Positions 39,401 through 54,400 of a stretch of 64,000 nt of DNA are shown piece after piece. Under the pieces are notes generated by a model. That model was not told the DNA's origin and searched no databases. It saw only the letters and a program-made list of their open reading frames with translations. The DNA comes from Eledone cirrhosa (taxonomy: Eukaryota). Where the stretch lies: the NCBI GenBank assembly GCA_964016885.1, contig OZ024745.1, positions 45,074,001 through 45,138,000 of the forward strand, read 5' to 3'. Position numbers and translations under genes: made by a program. Each line of letters starts with the position of its first letter. Within the stretch, counting starts at the first letter, position 1.

Positions 39401-42400
39401 GAGAGTTTGGTAGAGATGAATAGAGTGAGAGGATCGATAGAGACCGGTATTGAGAGATATAGAGAGGGGGAGAGTTTGGTAGAGATGAATAGAGTGAGAG
39501 GATTGAGAGAGATAGGTATTGAGAGATATAGAGAGGGGGAGAGTTTGGTAGAGATGAATAGAGTGAGAAGAACTGATAGAGATAGGTATTGAGAGATATA
39601 GAGAGGGGGAGAGTTTGGTAGAGATGAATAGAGTGAGAGGATCGATAGAGATCGGTATTGAGAGATATAGAGAGGGGGAGAGTTTGGTAGAGATGAATAG
39701 AGTGAGAGGATTGAGAGAGATAGGTATTGAGAGATATAGAGAGGGGGAGAGTTTGGTAGAGAAGAATAGAGTGAGAGGATTGAGAGAGATAGGTATTGAG
39801 AGATATAGAGAGGGGGAGAGTTTGGTAGAGATGAATAGAGTGAGAGGATTGAGAGAGATAGGTATTGAGAGATATAGAGGGGGGAGAGTTTGGTAGAGAT
39901 GAATACAGTGAGAGGATCGATAGGGATAGGCATTGAGAGATATAGAGAGGGGGAGAGTTTGGTAGAGATGAATAGAGTGAGAGGATTGAGAGAGATAGGT
40001 ATTGAGAGATATAGAGAGGGGGAGAGTTTGGTAGAGATGAATAGAGTGAGAGGATTGAGAGAGATAGGTATTGAGAGATATAGAGAGGGGGAGAGTTTGG
40101 TAGAGATGAATAGAGTGAGAGGATCGATAGGGATAGGTATTGAGAGATATAGAGAGGGGGAGAGTTTGGTAGAGATGAATAGAGTGAGAAGACTGATAGA
40201 GATAGGTATTGAGAGATATAGAGAGGGGGAGAGTTTGGTAGAGAAGAATAGAGTGAGAGGACTGATAGAGATAGGTATTGAGAGATATAGAGAGGGGGAG
40301 AGTTTGGTAGAGATGAATAGAGTGAGAGGATCGATAGAGATCGGTATTGAGAGATATAGAGAGGGGGAGAGTTTGGTGGAGATGAATAGAGTGAGAGGAT
40401 CGATAGAGATCGGTATTGAGAGATATAGAGAGGGGGAGAGTTTGGTGGAGATGAATAGAGTGAGAGGATCGATAGAGATCGGTATTGAGAGATATAGAGA
40501 GGGGGAGAGTTTGGTAGAGATGAATAGAGTGAGAGGACTGATAGAGATATGTATTGAGAGATATAGAGAGGGGGAGAGTTTGGTAGAGATGAATAGAGTG
40601 AGAGGACTGATAGAGATAGGTATTGAGAGATATAGAGAGGGGGAGAGTTTGGTAGAGATGAATAGAGTGAGAGGATCGATAGGGATAGGTATTGAGAGAT
40701 ATAGAGAGGGGGGAGTTTGGTGGAGATGAATAGAGTGAGAGGAACGATAGAGATCGGTATTGAGAGATATAGAGAGGGGGAGAGTTTGGTAGAGATGAAT
40801 AGAGTGAGAGGATCGATAGATATAGGTATTGCGAGATATAGAGAGGGGGAGAGTTTGGTAGAGATGAATAGAGTGAGAGGATCGATAGGTATAGGTATTG
40901 TGAGATATAGAGAGGGGGAGAGTTTGGTAGAGATGAATAGAGTGAGAGGATCGATAGGAATAGGTATTGAGAGATATAGAGAGGGGGAGAGTTTGGTAGA
41001 GATGAATAGAGTGAGAGGATCGATAGAGATAGGTATTGAGAGATATAGAGAGGGGGAGAGTTTGGTAGAGATGAATAGAGTGAGAGGATTGAGAGAAATA
41101 GGTATTGAGAGATATAGAGAGGGGGAGAGTTTGGTAGAGATGAATAGAGTGAGAAGACTGATAGAGATAGGTATTGAGAGATATAGAGAGGGGGCTAGTT
41201 TGGTAGAGAAGAATAGAGTGAGAGGACTGATAGAGATAGGTATTGAGAGATATAGAGAGGGGGAGAGTTTGGTAGAGATGAATAGAGTGTGAGGATTGAG
41301 AGAGATAGGTATTGAGAGATATAGAGAGGGGGAGAGTTTGGTAGAGATGAATAGAGTGTGAGGATTGAGAGAGATAGGTATTGAGAGATATAGAGAGGGG
41401 GAGAGTTTGGTAGAGATGAATAGAGTGAGAAGACTGATAGAGATAGGTATTGAGAGATATAGAGAGGGGGAGAGTTTGGTGGAGATGAATAGAGTGAGGG
41501 GATCGATAGAGATCGGTATTGAGAGATATAGAGAGGGGGAGAGTTTGGTGGAGATGAATAGAGTGAGAGGATCGATAGAGATCGGTATTGAGAGATATAG
41601 AGAGGGGGAGAGTTTGGTAGAGATGAATAGAGTGAGAGGACTGATAGAGATATGTATTGAGAGATATAGAGAGGGGGAGAGTTTGGTAGAGATGAATAGA
41701 GTGAGAGGACTGATAGAGATAGGTATTGAGAGATATAGAGAGGGGGAGAGTTTGGTAGAGATGAATAGAGTGAGAGGATCGATAGAGATAGGTATTGAGA
41801 GATATAGAGAGGGGGGAGTTTGGTGGAGATGAATAGAGTGAGAGGAACGATAGAGATCGGTATTGAGAGATATAGAGAGGGGGAGAGTTTGGTAGAGATG
41901 AATAGAGTGAGAGGATCGATAGATATAGGTATTGCGAGATATAGAGAGGGGGAGAGTTTGGTAGAGATGAATAGAGTGAGAGGATCGATATGTATAGGTA
42001 TTGTGAGATATAGAGAGGGGGAGATTTTGGTAGAGATGAATAGAGTGAGAGGATCGATAGAGATAGGTATTGAGAAATATAGAGAGGGGGAGAGTTTGGT
42101 AGAGATGAATAGAGTGAGAAGACTGATAGAGATAGGTATTGACAGATATAGAGAGGGGGAGAGTTTGGTAGAGATGAATAGAGTGAGAGGATCGATAGAG
42201 ATAGGTATTGCGAGATATAGAGAGGGGGAGAGTTTGGTAGAGATGAATAGAGTGAGAGGATCGATAGAGATAGGTATTGAGAGATATAGAGAGGGGGAGA
42301 GTTTGGTAGAGATGAATAGAGTGAGAGGATTGAGAGAAATAGGTATTGAGAGATATAGAGAGGGGGAGAGTTTGGTAGAGATGAATAGAGTGAGAAGACT

Positions 42401-45400
42401 GATAGTGATAGGTATTGACAGATATAGAGAGGGGGATAGTTTGGTAGAGAAGAATAGAGTGAGAGGACTGATAGAGATAGGTATTGAGAGATATAGAGAG
42501 GGGGAGAGTTTGGTAGAGATGAATAGAGTGAGAGGATCGATAGGGATAGGTATTGAGAGATATAGAGAGGGGGAGAGTTTGGTAGAGATGAATAGAGTGT
42601 GAGGATTGAGAGAGATAGGTATTCAGAGATATAGAGAGGGGGAGAGTTTGGTAGAGATGAATAGAGTGAGAGGATTGAGAGAGATAGGTATTGAGAGATA
42701 TAGAGAGGGGGAGAGTTTGGTAGAGATGAATAGAGTGAGAGGGTTGAGAGAGATAGGTATTGAGAGATATAGAAAGGGGGAGAGTTTGGTAGAGATGAAT
42801 AGAGTGAGAGGATTGAGAGAAATAGGTATTGAGAGATATAGAGAGGGGGAGAGTTTGGTGGAGATGAATAGAGTGAGAGGATCGATAGAGATCGGTATTG
42901 AGAGATGTAGAGAGGGGGAGAGTTTGGTGGAGATGAATAGAGTGAGAGGATCGATAGAGATCGGTATTGAGAGATATAGAGAGGGGGAGAGTTTGGTGGA
43001 GATGAATAGAGTGAGAGGATCGATAGAGATCGGTATTGAGAGATATAGAGAGGGGGAGAGTTTGGTAGAGATGAATAGAGTGAGAGGATTGAGAGAGATA
43101 GGTATTGAGAGATATAGAGAGGGGGAGAGTTTGGTAGAGATGAATAGAGTGAGAGGACTGATAGAGATAGGTATTGAGAGATATAGAGAGGGGGAGAGTT
43201 TGGTAGAGATGAATAGAGTGAGAGGATCGATAGAGATCGGTATTGAGAGATATAGAGAGGGGGAGAGTTTGGTAGAGATGAATAGAGTGAGAGGATTGAG
43301 AGAGATAGGTATTGAGAGATATAGAGAGGGGGAGAGTTTGGTAGAGATGAATAGAGTGAGAGGACTGATAGAGATAGGTATTGAGAGATATAGAGAGGGG
43401 GAGAGTTTGGTAGAGATGAATAGAGTGAGAGGATCGATAGAGATCGGTATTGAGAGATATAGAGAGGGGGAGAGTTTGGTAGAGATGAATAGAGTGAGAG
43501 GATTGAGAGAGATAGGTATTGAGAGATATAGAGAGGGGGAGAGTTTGGTAGAGATGAATAGAGTGAGAGGATTGAGAGAGATAGGTATTGAGAGATATAG
43601 AGAGGGGGAGAGTTTGGTAGAGATGAATAGAGTGAGAGGATTGAGAGAGATAGGTATTGAGAGATATAGAGGGGGGAGAGTTTGGTAGAGATGAATACAG
43701 TGAGAGGATCGATAGGGATAGGCATTGAGAGATATAGAGAGGGGGAGAGTTTGGTAGAGATGAATAGAGTGAGAGGATTGAGAGAGATAGGTATTGAGAG
43801 ATATAGAGAGGGGGAGAGTTTGGTAGAGATGAATAGAGTGAGAGGATTGAGAGAGATAGGTATTGAGAGATATAGAGAGGGGGAGAGTTTGGTAGAGATG
43901 AATAGAGTGAGAGGATCGATAGGGATAGGTATTGAGAGATATAGAGAGGGGGAGAGTTTGGTAGAGATGAATAGAGTGAGAGGATTGAGAGAGATAGGTA
44001 TTGAGAGATATAGAGAGGGGGAGAGTTTGGTGGAGATGAATAGAGTGAGAGGATTGAGAGAGATAGGTATTGAGAGATATAGAGAGGGGGAGAGTTTGGT
44101 AGAGATGAATAGAGTGAGAGGATTGAGAGAGATAGGTATTGAGAGATATAGAGAGGGGGAGAGTTTGGTAGAGATGAATAGAGTGAGAAGACTGATAGAG
44201 ATAGGTATTGAGAGATATAGAGAGGGGGAGAGTTTGGTAGAGAAGAATAGAGTGAGAGGACTGATAGAGATAGGTATTGAGAGATATAGAGAGGGGGAGA
44301 GTTTGGTAGAGATGAATAGAGTGAGAGGATCGATAGAGATCGGTATTGAGAGATATAGAGAGGGGGAGAGTTTGGTGGAGATGAATAGAGTGAGAGGATC
44401 GATAGAGATCGGTATTGAGAGATATAGAGAGGGGGAGAGTTTGGTGGAGATGAATAGAGTGAGAGGATCGATAGAGATCGGTATTGAGAGATATAGAGAG
44501 GGGGAGAGTTTGGTAGAGATGAATAGAGTGAGAGGACTGATAGAGATATGTATTGAGAGATATAGAGAGGGGGAGAGTTTGGTAGAGATGAATAGAGTGA
44601 GAGGACTGATAGAGATAGGTATTGAGAGATATAGAGAGGGGGAGAATTTGGTAGAGATGAATAGAGTGAGAGGATCGATAGGGATAGGTATTGAGAGATA
44701 TAGAGAGGGGGGAGTTTGGTGGAGATGAATAGAGTGAGAGGAACGATAGAGATCGGTATTGAGAGATATAGAGAGGGGGAGAGTTTGGTAGAGATGAATA
44801 GAGTGAGAGGATCGATAGATATAGGTATTGCGAGATATAGAGAGGGGGAGAGTTTGGTAGAGATGAATAGAGTGAGAGGATCGATAGGTATAGGTATTGT
44901 GAGATATAGAGAGGGGGAGAGTTTGGTAGAGATGAATAGAGTGAGAGGATCGATAGGAATAGGTATTGAGAGATATAGAGAGGGGGAGAGTTTGGTAGAG
45001 ATGAATAGAGTGAGAGGATCGATAGAGATAGGTATTGAGAGATATAGAGAGGGGGAGAGTTTGGTAGAGATGAATAGAGTGAGAGGATTGAGAGAAATAG
45101 GTATTGAGAGATATAGAGAGGGGGAGAGTTTGGTAGAGATGAATAGAGTGAGAAGACTGATAGAGATAGGTATTGAGAGATATAGAGAGGGGGCTAGTTT
45201 GGTAGAGAAGAATAGAGTGAGAGGACTGATAGAGATAGGTATTGAGAGATATAGAGAGGGGGAGAGTTTGGTAGAGATGAATAGAGTGAGAGGATCGATA
45301 GGGATAGGTATTGAGAGATATAGAGAGGGGGAGAGTTTGGTAGAGATGAATAGAGTGTGAGGATTGAGAGAGATAGGTATTGAGAGATATAGAGAGGGGG

Positions 45401-48400
45401 AGAGTTTGGTAGAGATGAATAGAGTGTGAGGATTGAGAGAGATAGGTATTCAGAGATATAGAGAGGGGGAGAGTTTGGTAGAGATGAATAGAGTGAGAGG
45501 ATTGAGAGAGATAGGTATTGAGAGATATAGAGAGGGGGAGAGTTTGGTAGAGATGAATAGAGTGAGAGGATTGAGAGAGATAGGTATTGAGAGATATAGA
45601 GAGGGGGAGAGTTTGGTAGAGATGAATAGAGTGAGAGGATTGAGAGAAATAGGTATTGAGAGATATAGAGAGGGGGAGAGTTTGGTGGAGATGAATAGAG
45701 TGAGAGGATCGATAGAGATCGGTATTGAGAGATATAGAGAGGGGGAGAGTTTGGTGGAGATGAATAGAGTGAGAGGATCGATAGAGATCGGTATTGAGAG
45801 ATATAGAGAGGGGGAGAGTTTGGTGGAGATGAATAGAGTGAGAGGATCGATAGAGATCGGTATTGAGAGATATAGAGAGGGGGAGAGTTTGGTAGAGATG
45901 AATAGAGTGAGAGGATTGAGAGAGATAGGTATTGAGAGATATAGAGAGGGGGAGAGTTTGGTAGAGATGAATAGAGTGAGAGGACTGATAGAGATAGGTA
46001 TTGAGAGATATAGAGAGGGGGAGAGTTTGGTAGAGATGAATAGAGTGAGAGGATCGATAGAGATCGGTATTGAGAGATATAGAGAGGGGGAGAGTTTGGT
46101 AGAGATGAATAGAGTGAGAGGATTGAGAGAGATAGGTATTGAGAGATATAGAGAGGGGGAGAGTTTGGTAGAGATGAATAGAGTGAGAGGATTGAGAGAG
46201 ATAGGTATTGAGAGATATAGAGAGGGGGAGAGTTTGGTAGAGATGAATAGAGTGAGAGGATTGAGAGAGATAGGTATTGAGAGATATAGAGGGGGGAGAG
46301 TTTGGTAGAGATGAATACAGTGAGAGGATCGATAGGGATAGGCATTGAGAGATATAGAGAGGGGGAGAGTTTGGTAGAGATGAATAGAGTGAGAGGATTG
46401 AGAGAGATAGGTATTGAGAGATATAGAGAGGGGGAGAGTTTGGTAGAGATGAATAGAGTGAGAGGATTGAGAGAGATAGGTATTGAGAGATATAGAGAGG
46501 GGGAGAGTTTGGTAGAGATGAATAGAGTGAGAGGATCGTTAGGGATAGGTATTGAGAGATATAGAGAGGGGGAGAGTTTGGTAGAGATGAATAGAGTGAG
46601 AGGATTGAGAGAGATAGGTATTGAGAGATATAGAGAGGGGGAGAGTTTGGTAGAGATGAATAGAGTGAGAGGATTGAGAGAGATAGGTATTGAGAGATAT
46701 AGAGAGGGGGAGAGTTTGGTAGAGATGAATAGAGTGAGAGGATTGAGAGAGATAGGTATTGAGAGATATAGAGAGGGGGAGAGTTTGGTAGAGATGAATA
46801 GAGTGAGAAGACTGATAGAGATAGGTATTGAGAGATATAGAGAGGGGGAGAGTTTGGTAGAGAAGAATAGAGTGAGAGGACTGATAGAGATAGGTATTGA
46901 GAGATATAGAGAGGGGGAGAGTTTGGTAGAGATGAATAGAGTGAGAGGATCGATAGAGATCGGTATTGAGAGATATAGAGAGGGGGAGAGTTTGGTGGAG
47001 ATGAATAGAGTGAGAGGATCGATAGAGATCGGTATTGAGAGATATAGAGAGGGGGAGAGTTTGGTGGAGATGAATAGAGTGAGAGGATCGATAGAGATCG
47101 GTATTGAGAGATATAGAGAGGGGGAGAGTTTGGTAGAGATGAATAGAGTGAGAGGACTGATAGAGATATGTATTGAGGGATATAGAGAGGGGGAGAGTTT
47201 GGTAGAGATGAATAGAGTGAGAGGACTGATAGAGATAGGTATTGAGAGATATAGAGAGGGGGAGAGTTTGGTAGAGATGAATAGAGTGAGAGGATCGATA
47301 GGGATAGGTATTGAGAGATATAGAGAGGGGGGAGTTTGGTGGAGATGAATAGAGTGAGAGGAACGATAGAGATCGGTATTGAGAGATATAGAGAGGGGGA
47401 GAGTTTGGTAGAGATGAATAGAGTGAGAGGATCGATAGATATAGGTATTGCGAGATATAGAGAGGGGGAGAGTTTGGTAGAGATGAATAGAGTGAGAGGA
47501 TCGATAGGTATAGGTATTGTGAGATATAGAGAGGGGGAGAGTTTGGTAGAGATGAATAGAGTGAGAGGATCGATAGGAATAGGTATTGAGAGATATAGAG
47601 AGGGGGAGAGTTTGGTAGAGATGAATAGAGTGAGAGGATCGATAGAGATAGGTATTGAGAGATATAGAGAGGGGGAGAGTTTGGTAGAGATGAATAGAGT
47701 GAGAGGATTGAGAGAAATAGGTATTGAGAGATATAGAGAGGGGGAGAGTTTGGTAGAGATGAATAGAGTGAGAAGACTGATGGAGATAGGTATTGAGAGA
47801 TATAGAGAGGGGGATAGTTTGGTAGAGAAGAATAGAGTGAGAGGACTGATAGAGATAGGTATTGAGAGATATAGAGAGGGGGAGAGTTTGGTAGAGATGA
47901 ATAGAGTGAGAGGATCGATAGGGATAGGTATTGAGAGATATAGAGAGGGGGAGAGTTTGGTAGAGATGAATAGAGTGTGAGGATTGAGAGAGATAGGTAT
48001 TCAGAGATATAGAGAGGGGGAGAGTTTGGTAGAGATGAATAGAGTGAGAGGATTGAGAGAGATAGGTATTGAGAGATATAGAGAGGGGGAGAGTTTGGTA
48101 GAGATGAATAGAGTGAGAGGATTGAGAGAGACAGGTATTGAGAGATATAGAGAGGGGGAGAGTTTGGTAGAGATGAATAGAGTGAGAGGATTGAGAGAGA
48201 TAGGTATTGAGAGATATAGAGAGGGGGAGAGTTTGGTGGAGATGAATAGAGTGAGAGGATCGATAGAGATCGGTATTGAGACATATAGAGAGGGGGAGAG
48301 TTTGGTGGAGATGAATAGAGTGAGAGGATCGATAGAGATCGGTATTGAGAGATATAGAGAGGGGGAGAGTTTGGTGGAGATGAATAGAGTGAGAGGATCG

Positions 48401-51400
48401 ATAGAGATCGGTATTGAGAGATATAGAGAGGGGGAGAGTTTGGTAGAGATGACTAGAGTGAGAGGACTGATAGAGATATGTATTGAGAGATATAGAGAGG
48501 GGGAGAGTTTGGTAGAGATGAATAGAGTGAGAGGACTGATAGAGATAGGTACTGAGAGATATAGAGAGGGGGAGAGTTTGGTAGAGATGAATAGAGTGAG
48601 AGGATCGATAGGGATAGGTATTGAGAGATATAGAGAGGGGGAGAGTTTGGTAGAGATGAATAGAGTGAGAGGACTGATAGAGATAGGTATTGAGAGATAT
48701 AGAGAGGGGGAGAGTTTGGTAGAGATGAATAGAGTGAGAGGATCGATAGAGATCGGTATTGAGAGATATAGAGAGGGGGAGAGTTTGGTAGAGATGAATA
48801 GAGTGAGAGGATCGATAGATATAGGTATTGAGTGATATAGAGAGGGGGAGAGTTTGGTAGAGATGAATAGAGTGAGAGGATCGATAGGTATAGGTATTGA
48901 GAGATATAGAGAGGGGGAGAGTTTGGTAGAGATGAATAGAGTGAGAGGATCGATAGGTATAGGTATTGAGAGATATAGAGAGGGGGAGAGTTTGGTAGAG
49001 ATGAACAGAGTGAGGGGATCGATAGAGATAGGTATTGAGAGATATAGAGAGGGGGAGAGTTTGGTAGAGATGAATAGAGTGAGAGGATCGATAGGGATAG
49101 GTATTGAGAGATATAGAGAGGGGGAAGTTTGGTGGAGATGAATAGAGTGAGAGGAACGATAGAGATCGGTATTGAGAGATATAGAGAGGGGGAGAGTTTG
49201 GTAGAGATGAATAGAGTGAGAGGATCGATAGATATAGGTATTGCGAGATATAGAGAGGGGGAGAGTTTGGTAGAGATGAATAGAGTGAGAGGATCGATAG
49301 GTATAGGTATTGTGAGATATAGAGAGGGGGAGAGTTTGGTAGAGATGAATAGAGTGAGAGGATCGATAGGAATAGGTATTGAGAGATATAGAGAGGGGGA
49401 CAGTTTGGTAGAGATGAATAGAGTGAGAGGATCGATAGAGATAGGTATTGAGAGATATAGAGAGGGGGAGAGTTTGGTAGAGATGAATAGAGTGAGAGGA
49501 TTGAGAGAAATAGGTATTGAGAGATATAGAGAGGGGGAGAGTTTGGTAGAGATGAATAGAGTGAGAAGACTGATAGAGATAGGTATTGAGAGATATAGAG
49601 AGGGGGATAGTTTGGTAGAGAAGAATAGAGTGAGAGGACTGATAGAGATAGGTATTGAGAGATATAGAGAGGGGGAGAGTTTGGTAGAGATGAATAGAGT
49701 GAGAGGATCGATAGGGATAGGTATTGAGAGATATAGAGAGGGGGAGAGTTTGGTAGAGATGAATAGAGTGTGAGGATTGAGAGAGATAGGTATTCAGAGA
49801 TATAGAGAGGGGGAGAGTTTGGTAGAGATGAATAGAGTGAGAGGATTGAGAGAGATAGGTATTGAGAGATATAGAGAGGGGGAGAGTTTGGTAGAGATGA
49901 ATAGAGTGAGAGGATTGAGAGAGATAGGTATTGAGAGATATAGAGAGGGGGAGAGTTTGGTAGAGATGAATAGAGTGAGAGGATTGAGAGAGATAGGTAT
50001 TGAGAGATATAGAGAGGGGGAGAGTTTGGTGGAGATGAATAGAGTGAGAGGATCGATAGAGATCGGTATTGAGAGATATAGAGAGGGGGAGAGTTTGGTG
50101 GAGATGAATAGAGTGAGAGGATCGATAGAGATCGGTATTGAGAGATATAGAGAGGGGGAGAGTTTGGTGGAGATGAATAGAGTGAGAGGATCGATAGAGA
50201 TCGGTATTGAGAGATATAGAGAGGGGGAGAGTTTGGTAGAGATGACTAGAGTGAGAGGACTGATAGAGATATGTATTGAGAGATATAGAGAGGGGGAGAG
50301 TTTGGTAGAGATGAATAGAGTGAGAGGACTGATAGAGATAGGTACTGAGAGATATAGAGAGGGGGAGAGTTTGGTAGAGATGAATAGAGTGAGAGGATCG
50401 ATAGGGATAGGTATTGAGAGATATAGAGAGGGGGAGAGTTTGGTAGAGATGAATAGAGTGAGAGGACTGATAGAGATAGGTATTGAGAGATATAGAGAGG
50501 GGGAGAGTTTGGTAGAGATGAATAGAGTGAGAGGATCGATAGAGATCGGTATTGAGAGATATAGAGAGGGAGAGAGTTTGGTAGAGATGAATAGAGTGAG
50601 AGGATCGATAGGTATAGGTATTGAGAGATATAGAGAGGGGGAGAGTTTGGTAGAGATGAACAGAGTGAGGGGATCGATAGAGATAGGTATTGAGAGATAT
50701 AGAGAGGGGGAGAGTTTGGTAGAGATGAATAGAGTGAGAGGACTGATAGAGATAGGTATTGAGAGATATAGAGAGGGGGAGAGTTTGGTAGAGATGAATA
50801 GAGTGAGAGGATCGATAGGGATAGGTATTGAGAGATATAGAGAGGGGGGAGTTTGGTGGAGATGAATAGAGTGAGAGGAACGATAGAGATCGGTATTGAG
50901 AGATATAGAGAGGGGGAGAGTTTGGTAGAGATGAATAGAGTGAGAGGATCGATAGGTATAGGTATTGTGAGATATAGAGAGGGGGAGAGTTTGGTAGAGA
51001 TGAATAGAGTGAGAGGATCGATAGGAATAGGTATTGAGAGATATAGAGAGGGGGAGAGTTTGGTAGAGATGAATAGAGTGAGAGGATCGATAGAGATAGG
51101 TATTGAGAGATATAGAGAGGGGGAGAGTTTGGTAGAGATGAATAGAGTGAGAGGATTGAGAGAAATAGGTATTGAGAGATATAGAGAGGGGGAGAGTTTG
51201 GTAGAGATGAATAGAGTGAGAAGACTGATAGAGATAGGTATTGAGAGATATAGAGAGGGGGATAGTTTGGTAGAGAAGAATAGAGTGAGAGGACTGATAG
51301 AGATAGGTATTGAGAGATATAGAGAGGGGGAGAGTTTGGTAGAGATGAATAGAGTGAGAGGATCGATAGGGATAGGTATTGAGAGATATAGAGAGGGGGA

Positions 51401-54400
51401 GAGTTTGGTAGAGATGAATAGAGTGTGAGGATTGAGAGAGATAGGTATTCAGAGATATAGAGAGGGGGAGAGTTTGGTAGAGATGAATAGAGTGAGAGGA
51501 TTGAGAGAGATAGGTATTGAGAGATATAGAGAGGGGGAGAGTTTGGTAGAGATGAATAGAGTGAGAGGATTGAGAGAGACAGGTATTGAGAGATATAGAG
51601 AGGGGGAGAGTTTGGTAGAGATGAATAGAGTGAGAGGATTGAGAGAGATAGGTATTGAGAGATATAGAGAGGGGGAGAGTTTGGTGGAGATGAATAGAGT
51701 GAGAGGATCGATAGAGATCGGTATTGAGAGATATAGAGAGGGGGAGAGTTTGGTGGAGATGAATAGAGTGAGAGGATCGATAGAGATAGGTATTGAGAGA
51801 TATAGAGAGGGGGAGAGTTTGGTGGAGATGAATAGAGTGAGAGGATTTAGAGAGATAGGTATTGAGAGATATAGAGAGGGGGAGAGTTTGGTAGAGATGA
51901 ATAGAGTGAGAGGATTGAGAGAGATAGGTATTGAGAGATATAGAGAGGGGGAGAGTTTGGTAGAGATGAATAGAGTGAGAGGACTGATAGAGATAGGTAT
52001 TGAGAGATATAGAGAGGGGGAGAGTTTGGTGGAGATGAATAGAGTGAGAGGATTGAGAGAGATAGGTATTGAGAGATGTAGAGAGGGGGAGAGTTTGGTA
52101 GAGATGAATAGAGTGAGAGGATTGAGAGAGATAGGTATTGAGAGATATAGAGAGGGGGAGAGTTTGGTAGAGATGAATAGAGTGAGAGGACTGATAGAGA
52201 TAGGTATTGAGAGATATAGAGAGGGGGAGAGTTTGGTGGAGATGAATAGAGTGAGAGGATTGAGAGAGATAGGTATTGAGAGATATAGAGAGGTGGAGAG
52301 TTTGGTAGAGATGAATAGAGTGAGAGGATTGAGAGAGATAGGTATTGAGAGATATAGAGAGGGGGAGAGTTTGGTAGAGATGAATAGAGTGAGAGGATCG
52401 ATAGGGATAGGTATTGAGAGATATAGAGAGGGGAGAGTTTGGTAGAGATGAATAGAGTGAGAGGATTGAGAGAGATAGGTATTGAAAGATATAGAGAGGG
52501 GGAGAGTTTGGTAGAGATGAATAGAGTGAGAGGATTGAGAGAGATAGGTATTGAAAGATATAGAGAGGGGGAGAGTTTGGTAGAGATGAATAGAGTGAGT
52601 GGACTGATAGAGATAGGTATTGAGAGATATAGAGAGGTGTAGAGTTTGGTAGAGATGAATAGAGTGAGAAGACTGATAGAGATAGGTATTGAGATATATA
52701 GAGAGGGGGAGAGTTTAGTAGAGATGAATAGAGTGAGAGGATCGATAGGGATAGGTATTGAGAGATATAGAGAGGGGGAGAGTTTGGTAGAGATGAATAG
52801 AGTGAGAGGACTGATAGAGATAGGTATTGAGAGATATAGAGAGGGAGAGAGTTTGGTAGAGATGAATAGAGTGAGAGGATCGATAGGGATAGGTATTGAG
52901 AGATATAGAGAGGGGGAGAGTTTGGTAGAGATGAATAGAGTGAGAGGATTGAGAGAGATAGGTATTGAGAGATATAGAGAGGGGGAGAGTTTGGTAGAGA
53001 TGAATAGAGTGAGAGGACTGATAGAGATAGGTATTGAGAGATATAGAGAGGGGGAGAGTTTGGTAGAGATGAATAGAGTGAGAGGATCGATAGGGATAGG
53101 TATTGAGAGATATAGAGAGGGGGAGAGTTTGGTAGAGATGAATAGAGTGAGAGGATTGAGAGAGATAGGTATTGAGAGATATAGAGAGGGGGAGAGTTTG
53201 GTAGAGATGAATAGAGTGAGAGGATTGAGAGAGATAGGTATTGAGAGATATAGAGAGGGGGAGAGTTTGGTAGAGATGAATAGAGTGAGAGGATTGAGAG
53301 AGATAGGTATTGAGAGATATAGAGAGGGGGAGAGTTTGGTAGAGATGAATAGAGTGAGAAGACTGATAGAGATAGGTATTGAGAGATATAGAGAGGGGGA
53401 GAGTTTGGTAGAGATGAATAGAGTGAGGGGATCGATAGAGATAGGTATTGAGAGATATAGAGAGGGGGAGAGTTTGGTAGAGATGAATAGAGTGAGAGGA
53501 CTGATAGAGATAGGTATTGTGAGATATAGAGAGGGGGAGAGTTTGGTAGAGATGAATAGAGTGAGAGGACTGATAGAGATAGGTATTGAGAGATATAGAG
53601 AGGGGGAGAGTTTGGTAGAGATGAATAGAGTGAGAGGATGGATAGAGATCGGTATTGAGAGATATAGAGAGGGGCAGAGTTTGGTAGAGATGAATAGAGT
53701 GAGAGGATCGATAGGGATAGGTATTGAGAGATATAGAGAGGGGGAGAGTTTGGTTAAGATGAATAGAGTGAGAGGATTGAGAGATATAGAGAGGGGGAGA
53801 GTTTGGTAGAGATGAATAGAGTGAGAGGATTGAGAGAGATAGGTATTGAGAGATATAGAGAGGGGGAGAGTTTGGTAGAGATGAATAGAGTGAGAAGACT
53901 GATACAGATAGGTATTGAGAGATATAGAGAGAGGGAGAGTTTGGTAGAGATGCATAGAGTGAGAGGATCAATAGGGATAGGTATTGAGAGATATAGAGAG
54001 GGGGAGAGTTTGGTAGAGATGAATAGAGTGAGAGGATTGAGAGAGATAGGTATTGAGAGATATAGAGAGGGGGAGAGTTTGGTAGAGATGAATAGAGTGA
54101 GAGGATTGAGAGAGATAGGTATTGAGAGATATAGAGAGGGGAGAGTTTGGTAGAGATGAATAGAGTGAGAGGACTGATAGAGATAGGTATTGAGAGATAT
54201 AGAGAGGGGGAGAGTTTGGTAGAGATGAATAGAGTGAGGGGATCGATAGAGATAGGTATTGAGAGATATAGAGAGGGGCAGAGTTTGGTAGAGATGAATA
54301 GAGTGAGAGGACTGATAGAGATAGGTATTGTGAGATATAGAGAGGGGGAGAGTTTGGTGGAGATGATTAGAGTGAGAGGATTGAGAGAGATAGGTATTGA

